Positions 18,676 through 28,042 are shown, numbered from the stretch's first letter. The stretch: 44,426 nt of DNA from a bacterium (GCA_963596955.1 CAVBPI010000001.1:1-44426); one strand, 5' to 3'. Numbers and translations: made by a program. Notes: a model not told the origin generated them from the letters alone.

Positions 18676-20462
18676 TAAAGATTATGACAAAGGACGGCAT
18701 CTCGCTCGACCTCGCGCCGGATGCCGAATTCGTGATTGAGTACAACAATCCGATGATGGAGGATGACCGCATCCCGGTCCCGTTCTCCACCTCCATCGCC
18801 CTTCTCCCCTCGGCGACCAACTGCAAGGTTCTCCAGTACCTCCCGGCACTGAAATTAGAGCCGGTCGTCAAGAAATTAGCCGCATCCTTAGTGTTCAACG
18901 GCATCCCGTTCCTCACCGGCACCCTCATCTACGACGGCATCGAGGACGGCAACCTGAACTACACCTTCTCCGGCCGGGACATCGAGAACGACTGGGGAAT
19001 GAAGATTTATGAATTTACCGGCGCTAAATATGTGGCTGGAGTTGATAAGGATGGAGTCGCATTTCCTCCTGTTGTGCTCAAGGACTATACGGGATATTTT
19101 GTGGAAGAACTTGATGACCTTTCTACGCTATTGGAAGACGACCGTAAATATCCGAAAGTTGAAGCCCGGATAAAATACGGGAATTTCCCATTAACCAAAG
19201 GTTTGGATGCGGAAACCTATAAAAGGACAGTACCGGCAATCAGTGCAGAAAAGATAATAGGTGAGCATTTGCTTTTCTCCACAGATATATTGCAGTTGTA
19301 TCCGTTCATATATATTCTGGCGCAATACTGTCTGGATGATACTATTTCTGACAATGAGGCGGATGCATTCAGAAACTTACCGGATATTACCTTGGTTGAA
19401 TTTGTACAAGAGTTGGCGAAAATGTTTTGTGCCGCAGTTTTTGATTGTGGCGACCGATTTGAGATGATGTCATTTGAATCTGTGTCGAAACGAAATGCAG
19501 AAATGGATTGGACTGGAAAGGTCTCAGACACATTCAGCGGAAGCTTCGATGTCGCAAGTGGCTATCTTTTTGCGTATGGAAATGCTGAAGAAGATGCCTT
19601 CGATAGTTCAGAGGTCGTTGATGTCCCAAATTTAGCTGCAGCCATATTCCCTTATGGAATGGAATATAACTATACGAATAAAGGGGTTTCGGACTGGGAG
19701 AGAACAGTCAGAATAAAATCGACAGGCGATTGCTTGAGTGTTTATTGTCGTGCTCCGCAAGGTTCGATGGTATATGGCGGTGTTTATAAGAATTTCTTGA
19801 CTGTGGTTTTATCTGGGGACATAGTATTTCATAATAATCTGAAAGTAGGGCAAGATGTTGATGCCGAAGAGGTTGAAGAAGTCTCATGTGGGTTCAATCT
19901 TGTTAAAAGCCTCCCAATGGTATTTACATCTCACTACGATGATGATAAGAGCCATAGCGGAAGCAGAATCGTATGTAACCTTGAACAGAAAGTGATAACT
20001 ACGCCAATTGTCGAAACTGTTGGAGGAACGGATTCTGCGCGGGGTACAGACATATATATAGGCCTGCTGAATAAAGGTGGGCTTTCCGGAGATGGACGGT
20101 ATGTGGATTTGCCAGTTCGTTGGTATCTTCCAGAAGTAGAACCATACCACTTGTTCCCAGACGATGCTACCATTGATACATTTGCAGATAAAACACTCAT
20201 CCCCGAAGGTTCGACCGAACCAATATCCCTCCGTCCGGGCTGGCTCTATGAGCATTTCCACAAGCGTTACGCGCAGTGGCTCTCCGCCGACCGGCAGGTC
20301 ATCAGCTGCGACGTAAACCTCAATGAATTCGACCTCGTGAACTTCCGAATGTACAAAAAGGTCAGGCTGCATGGACGCGATTTCTTCGTGAAGAAGCTTT
20401 CGGTGACGCTCCGTGCCGGCTCCGAAACCATGGAATGCAGCGCGGACTTCATCTCTGCATAG
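18672..20462 (+). CDS. Tail hub/baseplate-like protein
   Basis: Follows the tape measure gene; N-terminal LDL...IEYNNP...FS; C-terminal KKVRLHGRDFFVKKLSV. Confidence 0.6.
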   Translation: MIKIMTKDGISLDLAPDAEFVIEYNNPMMEDDRIPVPFSTSIALLPSATNCKVLQYLPALKLEPVVKKLAASLVFNGIPFLTGTLIYDGIEDGNLNYTFSGRDIENDWGMKIYEFTGAKYVAGVDKDGVAFPPVVLKDYTGYFVEELDDLSTLLEDDRKYPKVEARIKYGNFPLTKGLDAETYKRTVPAISAEKIIGEHLLFSTDILQLYPFIYILAQYCLDDTISDNEADAFRNLPDITLVEFVQELAKMFCAAVFDCGDRFEMMSFESVSKRNAEMDWTGKVSDTFSGSFDVASGYLFAYGNAEEDAFDSSEVVDVPNLAAAIFPYGMEYNYTNKGVSDWERTVRIKSTGDCLSVYCRAPQGSMVYGGVYKNFLTVVLSGDIVFHNNLKVGQDVDAEEVEEVSCGFNLVKSLPMVFTSHYDDDKSHSGSRIVCNLEQKVITTPIVETVGGTDSARGTDIYIGLLNKGGLSGDGRYVDLPVRWYLPEVEPYHLFPDDATIDTFADKTLIPEGSTEPISLRPGWLYEHFHKRYAQWLSADRQVISCDVNLNEFDLVNFRMYKKVRLHGRDFFVKKLSVTLRAGSETMECSADFISA

Positions 20463-20463
20463 T

Positions 20464-20498
20464 GTCCTTTTTTCCAAGGAGTCAAGTCAGTAGCTTTG
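20464..20498 (+). promoter_or_regulatory. Putative late promoter GTCCTTT-N20-TAGCTTTG (near-leaderless mRNA)
   Basis: Same arrangement as 7903; ATG 20503 lies 4 nt after the -7 box. Confidence 0.7.
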
Positions 20499-20502
20499 CA
20501 TC

Positions 20503-21624
20503 ATGACAATAGACACATCATATCAGGATCAGTTTCCGTTCCTCTTCGCGGGGAACGCGGGAACTATCAAAATCACGGTATCGGCGAATGAAGCGATACC
20601 GATAATTATCGAATCCCGTAAGTATTCAGGCACCAAGGTCACTGAATTTTTTCAAACATATTTTACTGTGAAGGCAAATGAACGGGGCATATATGAATTG
20701 GACCTTACTGATATACTCTCCTCTATGTCGTTCGCATTTAATGGGAAGCCAAATGTCGGATTTGGAGAATTTTTGAGATATGACCAGCGCTTCCTGCTTC
20801 GCCTCGGTGATGATGACGATATTACTTGGGACAAAACAGTTCTCTCGGGAAAATTAAGTGACTCGATGCTTAAGAATGTTTATGAACACCGTTGCTTTGT
20901 GACAGTAAGACCATTGGTCAGTTTCGCACGAGCTGACGGCAAGCCTGATTATATGATGTTTGTCCCGTCTCAGTCGGTCATCTCTGTAGTCGTCTATTCC
21001 GATATCATGCCGCCATTTATGCCTACAGTTGGCATTAAATGGATACGTCGTATCGGAACATTTGATGTCTCATTGGCCAATATCCAAAGACTCCTTGATA
21101 CCAAGGGGTATTCCGGACTTAAAATTACGGCATACGATATATTTCTTGAAAGTCAAGTGACTGATGGAGATGTGACATCCGTCGTGAAGTCCGAAGTCCT
21201 CAGATTCATAGTTCCGGACCGTAAGGTATCGGCGTTCGAGTTTCTGAGCAGCGTGGGGATGCTTGAGCCGATATATGCCGTAGGACGGAAGAAATCTGAG
21301 GTCGAGACTGAAACCAAGACATTCGTGAACGACGGAGTTGAGCGGGAACTGACCAATGACAGCCGTCTTGTGCATGAGACTTTCACGGGGTGGCTCGCAA
21401 GTGCGGACGATGTCAGGTTTTGGCAGGAGTTCTTCTCGTCGGCGGAGCGGTATGCCGTGATTGACGGCGTTTCGCGGAGAATCGTCGTCGATGAGATTGA
21501 TTCTGAATGTACGGACGGCGAACTCAGCGCCTTCTCGTTCAAGTGGCACTATGCCGACAAATATGCCGACCCGGCGAGAATGCCGATGCGGAAAGAACTG
21601 AAACAATACAAACCAACGATATGA
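20503..21624 (+). CDS. Tail structural protein (distal tail-like)
   Basis: Position; C-terminal FLSSVG...TGWL...FFSS...FSFKW. Confidence 0.5.
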   Translation: MTIDTSYQDQFPFLFAGNAGTIKITVSANEAIPIIIESRKYSGTKVTEFFQTYFTVKANERGIYELDLTDILSSMSFAFNGKPNVGFGEFLRYDQRFLLRLGDDDDITWDKTVLSGKLSDSMLKNVYEHRCFVTVRPLVSFARADGKPDYMMFVPSQSVISVVVYSDIMPPFMPTVGIKWIRRIGTFDVSLANIQRLLDTKGYSGLKITAYDIFLESQVTDGDVTSVVKSEVLRFIVPDRKVSAFEFLSSVGMLEPIYAVGRKKSEVETETKTFVNDGVERELTNDSRLVHETFTGWLASADDVRFWQEFFSSAERYAVIDGVSRRIVVDEIDSECTDGELSAFSFKWHYADKYADPARMPMRKELKQYKPTI

Positions 21625-24600
21625 AATATCAGAATTTCAAAAGCGACTTTGTCTCCGCACACGAATTCTACAGGCAGGACGGGGACACAAAGACTCAGGT
21701 AGCTGTTCCCTCTCATGTCCGGCTGACCTTTTTCACGGAGGAGAGGCGCGGCTGCATCACCGTCGAGCGCAACGGCGCGAAGATGACCGGCTGTTCCGTC
21801 TCCGGGGACGGGATGACGCTCACGGCTCATGTCCCGCTGTCAAGAAAATGCCTCGGCACCGGCGAACTCTTCTGCGAGATTGCGGAGATTTCGGCGGATG
21901 CCGCATTCCCGGAACAGGAGAAGATAGAGGTGACTCCGATAAAGACGGGCGTGACCCTCTGGCCGGGCAAGACTGACGACTCGGCCGAAGTCTCAGTCAG
22001 CACCGTCCTCGGCGTCATTTGCCCCGGCGCCGTCCGCTACGACACCGCCCAGAACCTCACTGTTACCCAGAAGGCGCAGGCACGGAAGAACATCGGCGCG
22101 TTGTCGGATGCCGCCGGCGCGGTGACAACCGACAACATTCAGGACGGGGCTATAACGAAGGCCAAGCTGGCCGCGAAGTCTGTAAACAGCACCCGGCTCA
22201 CAGCTGATTCCGTCACGACGACGAAGATTGTTGACGGCGCCGTGACGAAAGCGAAACTTTCAGAGGAGGTTGCAGGAATTGTCGAGAACAGCGTGCTGAC
22301 AACTCCACAGACACTCAATGACTTGAAGAAAGAGCAGGCGCGTAAAAATATAAATGCGAATGAAGATGTCGGGTTGTCAGAAGGAACCGTCGCCGACAGC
22401 ATTCAGCAGCGCCACAGTCAGGCCATAAGCGAGAACTCGACTGCGCTCGGCTCAGGCACCCTTGCCGGAACCAAGGGCTTCAGATGGACGGCGATAGACT
22501 TCACGACAAAGACCATCACCCTCGCCCAGCCGCTCACGGGCTCAATCGGTGCAGGGGCGCTGATTTCCATAATCAATGACAAGCACTACGACAAATGCTC
22601 GAAGGTGGCGGCCACGGCTGCCAAGGGCGCGACGACGCTCAAGGTGGAATCCCTTCCGTTCACATCAATAGCCGAGGATACGGGAGACGACGCTAAGACT
22701 CTCATGATTTATTCCAATCCAAATGCAGGTGACGTTGACTTGGGCGACGGCGCTCATGCGGAGGGTGTCAACACAAAGGCAACACAGAGGGCATCTCACG
22801 CGGAAGGAAGAGATACCTATGCCGCGGGGCAATACTCCCATGCAGAAGGTCGGGAAACCGAAGCGTTCTACGCCTCTCACGCAGAAGGCCGAGGCTCGAA
22901 AGCGACAGGTGATGTCTCTCACGCGGAAGGTCTGGGCACTTTTGCAATGGGTGACCACACTCATGCCGAGGGACAGAATACTCACGCCGTAGGCCTGAAT
23001 GCCCATGCGGAAGGTTTGAGAGGGTGGGCCAACGGGCAGCACTCTCATGTGGAAGGCGTTGATACCGTAGCGAGCAACACGGCGGAGCATGCCGAGGGCA
23101 AGTTCAACAAGTCATCAAAGGCGGACGGCTCATTTGGCAGCGCCGGCAACACTCTGCACTCCATAGGCATCGGCACGTCTGCATCAGACAGGAAGAACGC
23201 CTGGGAAATCATGCAGAACGGCGACGCCTACCTTCTCGGGCTCGGCAAGTACGACGGCACCAACCCCGTTGCGGCCGGGTCTGTGCAGAAGGTTTTCGGA
23301 GCGCTCCTCGCCTTGTTCAAGCCGGTTCAGGTCAACGACAACAAGTCCGGCGCGACCGACGCCACGCAGCTCGCGGAGATAAAGGCATACGCGGCAAAGC
23401 TCGCGTTGTGCGGAGTTGACACGACAAAGGGCTACGAGATTCCGATTCTCTACAACGGCGGCTCCAAGGGCTTCATCGGGTTCAACCCCAACGCGGCATC
23501 GTCCTTCAACGGCTATGCGGTCACTCCGGAGGGCAACCTCTACACCCTGACGATGAACGCCACCACCGGAGCGCTGACCAAGAAGATACTCGCGACAACG
23601 GCCGTCACCGACGCCCTGAGCACCAACAAGCAGCCGAAGACCGACACCGCCCTCAAGACGACGAGCAAGACCGTCACCGGCGCAATCAACGAGGTGAACG
23701 ACAAGACCGCATACGTGGCGTTTACCGACGTCACGAAGCTCTCGACGAACCTCGGCAAGCGCCTTATCTACAAGGGCGGGGACGTGACGCTCTCCTCGCA
23801 GATTTCAATCAACTCGAACATATATGAGATTGACTTCAACGGCGCGACCATAACCATCGGTGCGCTTGCGAAGACCGGAATCACTGCAATAAAGGGACAT
23901 GGCCACTGCGTTATCAGGAACCTTGTGATTGACGGTACCTGGGCAGTGAACGCGGATGCAGTGAGCAATGTCCTTGAAACGTTCGCCGGGGTGGAGAATG
24001 TGAGCGTTGAAGTTGTTTTTTCAGGCAGCAAGTACGGCCGTGGATTCTTCAGTTGTCAGAGACTCATCAACTGCAAGGCGGGGATTATGAGCAGTCAGTC
24101 AGAGGCGGTGACGCGCGGATTCAGTTACTGCGAGTACCTCTATATGTGCAGGATTGCGGAAAACAGTGACGGCGAGGGATTCTTCCACTGTACCAACATG
24201 ATTTCATGTGATGTTTTGGCGGTGTCCGGAACAAGTCATGGCAGTTTGTATGTTTTAGCCGGATGCAAGGGAAAGGAACTCGTCGAATGCTCCAACTACA
24301 TGAACTTCCGTCGTTGCACTAATGCGGACGAATCAAATGTAAACCCTATATATGGATTTTTCTCCGACACCGACAGTCTTTCGGTGAATGGTTATAGTCT
24401 GACTCCGTTCGCGAATATCATTGCCGCCAAGAACGAGGGCGGCTCAAAGGCTCTCGTGCATCCGGGCGGAGGAACGGGTGTGGCTGAAGTTCCTCTCGAC
24501 ATTTATACTTCCGGGAACTCCATCGCACGCAGGCTCAATGACGGACGGCTCAGGGCAGCGCCGGCCACGGTTGCGGACGACGTGGTGGTCAAGAGCCAGC

Positions 24601-24662
24601 TCGATGCTCTGGCCGCGAAGATTACCGAACTTCAGACCGAAATCAACGCGCTAAAGGGATGA
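21621..24662 (+). CDS. Tail fibre / receptor-binding protein
   Basis: 1013 aa; DGAVTxAKL repeats, two QKxQARKNI motifs, about 9 HAEG 14-aa repeats, beta-helix-like C-terminal region, terminal coiled coil. Confidence 0.8.
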   Translation: MKYQNFKSDFVSAHEFYRQDGDTKTQVAVPSHVRLTFFTEERRGCITVERNGAKMTGCSVSGDGMTLTAHVPLSRKCLGTGELFCEIAEISADAAFPEQEKIEVTPIKTGVTLWPGKTDDSAEVSVSTVLGVICPGAVRYDTAQNLTVTQKAQARKNIGALSDAAGAVTTDNIQDGAITKAKLAAKSVNSTRLTADSVTTTKIVDGAVTKAKLSEEVAGIVENSVLTTPQTLNDLKKEQARKNINANEDVGLSEGTVADSIQQRHSQAISENSTALGSGTLAGTKGFRWTAIDFTTKTITLAQPLTGSIGAGALISIINDKHYDKCSKVAATAAKGATTLKVESLPFTSIAEDTGDDAKTLMIYSNPNAGDVDLGDGAHAEGVNTKATQRASHAEGRDTYAAGQYSHAEGRETEAFYASHAEGRGSKATGDVSHAEGLGTFAMGDHTHAEGQNTHAVGLNAHAEGLRGWANGQHSHVEGVDTVASNTAEHAEGKFNKSSKADGSFGSAGNTLHSIGIGTSASDRKNAWEIMQNGDAYLLGLGKYDGTNPVAAGSVQKVFGALLALFKPVQVNDNKSGATDATQLAEIKAYAAKLALCGVDTTKGYEIPILYNGGSKGFIGFNPNAASSFNGYAVTPEGNLYTLTMNATTGALTKKILATTAVTDALSTNKQPKTDTALKTTSKTVTGAINEVNDKTAYVAFTDVTKLSTNLGKRLIYKGGDVTLSSQISINSNIYEIDFNGATITIGALAKTGITAIKGHGHCVIRNLVIDGTWAVNADAVSNVLETFAGVENVSVEVVFSGSKYGRGFFSCQRLINCKAGIMSSQSEAVTRGFSYCEYLYMCRIAENSDGEGFFHCTNMISCDVLAVSGTSHGSLYVLAGCKGKELVECSNYMNFRRCTNADESNVNPIYGFFSDTDSLSVNGYSLTPFANIIAAKNEGGSKALVHPGGGTGVAEVPLDIYTSGNSIARRLNDGRLRAAPATVADDVVVKSQLDALAAKITELQTEINALKG

Positions 24663-24666
24663 TGCC

Positions 24667-25083
24667 ATGGACTGGACGAACATCATAATTACCCTAATTA
24701 CCTCCGGGGCGTTCACGGCCATCTACCTCCTCGGCGACCGGAAGACGGCGGCCGTGCTCGACAATGTCAGCAAGACCATCGACCAATGGCAGGAACTCCT
24801 CGGGGAGGTGAAGTGCGAACTCGCCGACCAGCGGGAAGCGTCCAAGACTGCCAAGGATGACTACGAGGCTCACCTTGTGGTGAAGGACAACAAGATAGAT
24901 TCCCTCTACAAGGAGATAGCCGTCCTGCGCGACCGCAACGACCGCCTCAGCTCCAACGTCGCCCGCCTCACAATCGTCCGCTGCTGGAAGGTGGGCTGCG
25001 GCGACCGCCAGCCCCCGATGGGAACCAAGGTCTCAGTCACCGAGGACGTCACCAACATAATCGAACAGGTAAAGATTGAATAA
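24667..25083 (+). CDS. Putative holin (N-terminal TM plus coiled coil)
   Basis: MDWTNIIITLITSG TM segment; first gene of the lysis cassette. Confidence 0.45.
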   Translation: MDWTNIIITLITSGAFTAIYLLGDRKTAAVLDNVSKTIDQWQELLGEVKCELADQREASKTAKDDYEAHLVVKDNKIDSLYKEIAVLRDRNDRLSSNVARLTIVRCWKVGCGDRQPPMGTKVSVTEDVTNIIEQVKIE

Positions 25084-25106
25084 ACTCGGATTTATCCGTT
25101 TTCACA

Positions 25107-25131
25107 GCTCCTTGACATACTGGAATTGCCG
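25107..25131 (+). promoter_or_regulatory. boxA-like plus anti-terminator element 1
   Basis: GCTCCTTGACATACTGGAATTGCCG; 25117-31 is complementary to terminator arm 26058-72. Confidence 0.6.
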
Positions 25132-25169
25132 AATATTATTTACCTTTGCAAGGTCAAAATATAACGGCT

Positions 25170-26027
25170 ATGGAAAATCAATTAACAAAGGAAACGGCAG
25201 CTCTGTTCGAGCAGTTGAAGCATACAACCAAATCAGGCGTTGAATATTGGTCCGCGCGTGAGATATATCCCCATCTGGGATATACGCAGTGGAGGAACTT
25301 TCAGAATGCGATAGAAAAGGCCAAGGAAGCGTGCAAATCGGCAACTGGAAACGTTCGGGAACATTTTGCTGATGTCAGCAAAACGATAGCTATGCCCAAA
25401 GGGGCATCAAAAGAGATAGATGATGTTCTCCTTACACGATATGCCTGTTATCTCGTTGCCCAGAACGGAGATTCGCAAAAACCAGAAATAGCCCAGGCTC
25501 AGACATATTTCGCGATTCAGACCAGATATGCGGAGATTCAGCAGATGCGTGAATATGAGAACCTTACAACTGAGGAAGAACGCCGTCTGTTTCTGCGAAA
25601 TGAATTATACAAACACAACTCACAACTTGCAGATGCAGCGAGGGCAGCTGGTGTCATTGAGCCTCGCGACTATGCCATTTTTCAGAATTACGGCTATATG
25701 GGATTGTATGGCGGTATGACCGCACAGGACATTCACAAGAAAAAGGGTCTGAAAAAGAGTCAGAAGATACTTGACCACATGGGCAGCACGGAATTGGCCG
25801 CCAACCTTTTCCGTGCGACGCAGACGGAAGAGAAACTGAGGCGTGAGAATATTCGCGGGAAGTCAAGGGCAAATGAAACTCATTATAAGGTGGGCGCGAA
25901 GGTTAGACAGACCATAAGGGAACTCGGTGGTACTATGCCAGAAAACTTGCCTACGGCGGAAAGCATCAAGTCTGTGGAGAACAAACATAAGAAACTTACT
26001 GAGAAAGAAACGAAAGAAATTCCATAA
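25170..26027 (+). CDS. dinD: DNA damage-inducible protein D (Bro-N domain)
   Basis: [56 protein letters not shown]; own promoter TACCTTTG at 25141. Confidence 0.9.
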   Translation: MENQLTKETAALFEQLKHTTKSGVEYWSAREIYPHLGYTQWRNFQNAIEKAKEACKSATGNVREHFADVSKTIAMPKGASKEIDDVLLTRYACYLVAQNGDSQKPEIAQAQTYFAIQTRYAEIQQMREYENLTTEEERRLFLRNELYKHNSQLADAARAAGVIEPRDYAIFQNYGYMGLYGGMTAQDIHKKKGLKKSQKILDHMGSTELAANLFRATQTEEKLRRENIRGKSRANETHYKVGAKVRQTIRELGGTMPENLPTAESIKSVENKHKKLTEKETKEIP

Positions 26028-26056
26028 ACTTATATTTTGACACAAACTTTATGGAC

Positions 26057-26091
26057 ACGGCAATTCCGGTATTTCGGGGTTGCCGTTTTTT
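26057..26091 (+). terminator. Intrinsic terminator after dinD
   Basis: ACGGCAATTCCG/CGGGGTTGCCGT stem plus U-tract; near-identical copy at 27921. Confidence 0.85.
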
Positions 26092-26116
26092 ATGTGTAAC
26101 AAATTGAATAAATGAT

Positions 26117-26566
26117 ATGGGAACAGTCAGCAAAAACTTTGACTATCGGGAATTTGAAAAGACGGACGTTCCGGGAATGCAGGTGAAGAACACAATCACC
26201 TCGACGGAAGCTCGCGACAGCATCAAGGCGCTCGTCGATAATGTCCTCCAGCCTTTGAGGGACGCATGGGGTGAACCGCTCGCAATCAACAGCGGCTACA
26301 GGTGTCCGGAGGTGAACAGGGCGGTCGGTGGCGTTCCGACCTCGCAGCACACCAAGGGAGAGGCCGCCGACGTGTGCCCGTTCGGACGCAACGGCCATGG
26401 CGACATAGAGGTTGTCCGGAAGCTCGCGACCACCGCCCGCAACCTCGGTCTGCCTTTCGACCAGATGATTCTTTACCCGTCGTTCGTCCATTTCAGCCAC
26501 AGGCTCAAAGGCGAACAGCGCGGACAGATTCTCTACAACAGGAGATACACAGGAAAGAAACTCTAA
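26117..26566 (+). CDS. Endolysin, peptidase M15 family
   Basis: INSGYRC..VN.AVGG..TSQHTKGEAAD...FDQMI...FVH. Confidence 0.88.
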   Translation: MGTVSKNFDYREFEKTDVPGMQVKNTITSTEARDSIKALVDNVLQPLRDAWGEPLAINSGYRCPEVNRAVGGVPTSQHTKGEAADVCPFGRNGHGDIEVVRKLATTARNLGLPFDQMILYPSFVHFSHRLKGEQRGQILYNRRYTGKKL

Positions 26567-26577
26567 AAATCAAAGAT

Positions 26578-26973
26578 ATGAAAGTACTTGTAGCATTGCT
26601 TCTCTATTTCCACCAGCTGCCGCAGACACTGCTGGGGTTCGTGCTTGCCATCATCTACAAGGGTACTGAAAAACTTGAACAGAAGGGAAAGTGTCTGATT
26701 ATCGTGCGTCGTTCGGTGAAGATGCACGGCGGAATCTCGCTCGGTCAGTGGGTGTTCGTTAACCAGTTCGCCGGAGAAAAGACAGTGAAGCACGAACTCG
26801 GCCACTGCATTCAGTCGCAGTACCTCGGCTGGCTCTACCTCCTCGTCATCGGCTTGCCGTCAATCCTGTGGGCGATGCTCTACGACATCCCGACAATAAG
26901 GAAGAGGTGGTCGTATTACGACTTCTACACCGAGCGCTGGGCGGACAAACTCGGCGGAGTGGTCAGAAAATGA
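26578..26973 (+). CDS. Membrane protein with HExxH motif
   Basis: KHELGHCIQS...YTERWAD; hydrophobic segments. Confidence 0.7.
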   Translation: MKVLVALLLYFHQLPQTLLGFVLAIIYKGTEKLEQKGKCLIIVRRSVKMHGGISLGQWVFVNQFAGEKTVKHELGHCIQSQYLGWLYLLVIGLPSILWAMLYDIPTIRKRWSYYDFYTERWADKLGGVVRK

Positions 26974-27001
26974 TTGTACTACAACTTGTAGTATATTGAA
27001 A

Positions 27002-27025
27002 GCTCTTTGAAATATTGGAATTGCT
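27002..27025 (+). promoter_or_regulatory. boxA-like plus anti-terminator element 2
   Basis: GCTCTTTGAAATATTGGAATTGCT; 27009-25 is complementary to terminator arm 27923-39. Confidence 0.6.
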
Positions 27026-27106
27026 TGTTATTTACAGAATTATAACATAATGTTGTTTTTCTCACACCTATTTTATACTTTTGCGTCGAACAAATTTTAT
27101 GGTATC

Positions 27107-27349
27107 ATGGCAGATTTGAGTTCTTTATTTCAGTATTATCTTGATAATCAGGATGAACTGGTCAAGAAGTATGATGGGAAATATTTGATTATTTGCAACA
27201 ATGCTGTTGTCAATGCGTTCACTTCTGAGAACGAGGCGTATATGTATGCAAAAGACAAATATGGTTTAGGAAACTTTCTTTTGCAACTTTGCACGAAAGG
27301 TCCGGAAGCCTACTCTCAACACTTTAGGTCTCGCGTAGCATTCGTATAG
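27107..27349 (+). CDS. Small DUF5678-like protein
   Basis: YYLDNQDELVKKYDGKYLII...EAY..A pattern; own promoter TACTTTTG at 27076. Confidence 0.6.
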   Translation: MADLSSLFQYYLDNQDELVKKYDGKYLIICNNAVVNAFTSENEAYMYAKDKYGLGNFLLQLCTKGPEAYSQHFRSRVAFV

Positions 27350-27350
27350 T

Positions 27351-27851
27351 ATGGAAAATAAGGCTTTTACTTTACGAAATCCGAAGTCGCTTCTTCGCGA
27401 ATTAGTGACAGACTGCAAAGTCAGTGCAGGCTTTCTCGATGCATCAGCCAGTGAAGGAATCAAATTTCTTCCCTATAAGGCAATCTGGGACACCGGAGCT
27501 ACCAACAGCGTCATTGACAAGAAAATTGCGGAAGAACTTGGTCTGATACCAAACGGCATAAGACTGGTATATCATGCGAACGGCTCTGAACGAGTTAACA
27601 GCTATAAAGTGAATATAGTGTTGCCGAACAATATTATGGTACAGATGGTCAACGTCACGGAAGGCGATTTGAACGGGGCGCAGGTGTTGATAGGAATGGA
27701 CATTATTTCTCTCGGGGACTTCGCAATAACACACAGAAATAACGGGACGGTGTTTTCTTTTCAAGTCCCGTCAACGCATGAATATGATTTTGTGAAACAG
27801 ATACAGCATGAGCGTGAGGAGCAGGAGTCGAAAAAGAAGAAGCGGCGCTGA
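27351..27851 (+). CDS. Retropepsin-like (clan AA) aspartic protease
   Basis: AIWDTGATNSVI catalytic motif and LIGMD. Confidence 0.85.
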   Translation: MENKAFTLRNPKSLLRELVTDCKVSAGFLDASASEGIKFLPYKAIWDTGATNSVIDKKIAEELGLIPNGIRLVYHANGSERVNSYKVNIVLPNNIMVQMVNVTEGDLNGAQVLIGMDIISLGDFAITHRNNGTVFSFQVPSTHEYDFVKQIQHEREEQESKKKKRR

Positions 27852-27920
27852 TGTTTGATGCTAATTCCTCCGAAATCGGGGGAATTAAATTTATTATGGC
27901 GATTTCGTCATAATTGAAGA

Positions 27921-27953
27921 ACGGCAATTCCGGTATTTCGGGGTTGCTGTTTT
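27921..27953 (+). terminator. Intrinsic terminator after the protease moron
   Basis: ACGGCAATTCCG/CGGGGTTGCTGT plus U-tract. Confidence 0.8.
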
Positions 27954-27997
27954 GTGTAATTATAATTGTACTGCAACGTGTAGTATAATGGTGTTTT

Positions 27998-28042
27998 AAG
28001 ACCAATTGATATGGGACCAGTTGATATAAGACCAGTTGATAT
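27998..28042 (+). repeat. 3 x 15-bp tandem repeat (RRGACCARTTGATAT) overlapping the spanin start codon
   Basis: Copies at 27998, 28013 and 28028. Confidence 0.85.

Noticed and set aside
21621..24662. Diversity-generating retroelement targeting the tail fibre
   Set aside because: No reverse transcriptase ORF and no TR/VR pair seen; the duplicated 90-aa genes do not differ specifically at adenines
25117..26072. Invertible DNA segment flanked by inverted repeats
   Set aside because: Mismatches are all G-U compatible on one strand, one arm is part of a terminator, and no dedicated invertase is present; RNA pairing is preferred, though inversion is not excluded
27998..28042. CRISPR-like array (also the 21-bp repeats at 33487 and the iterons at 40337)
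   Set aside because: No unique spacers, repeats too short, no cas genes
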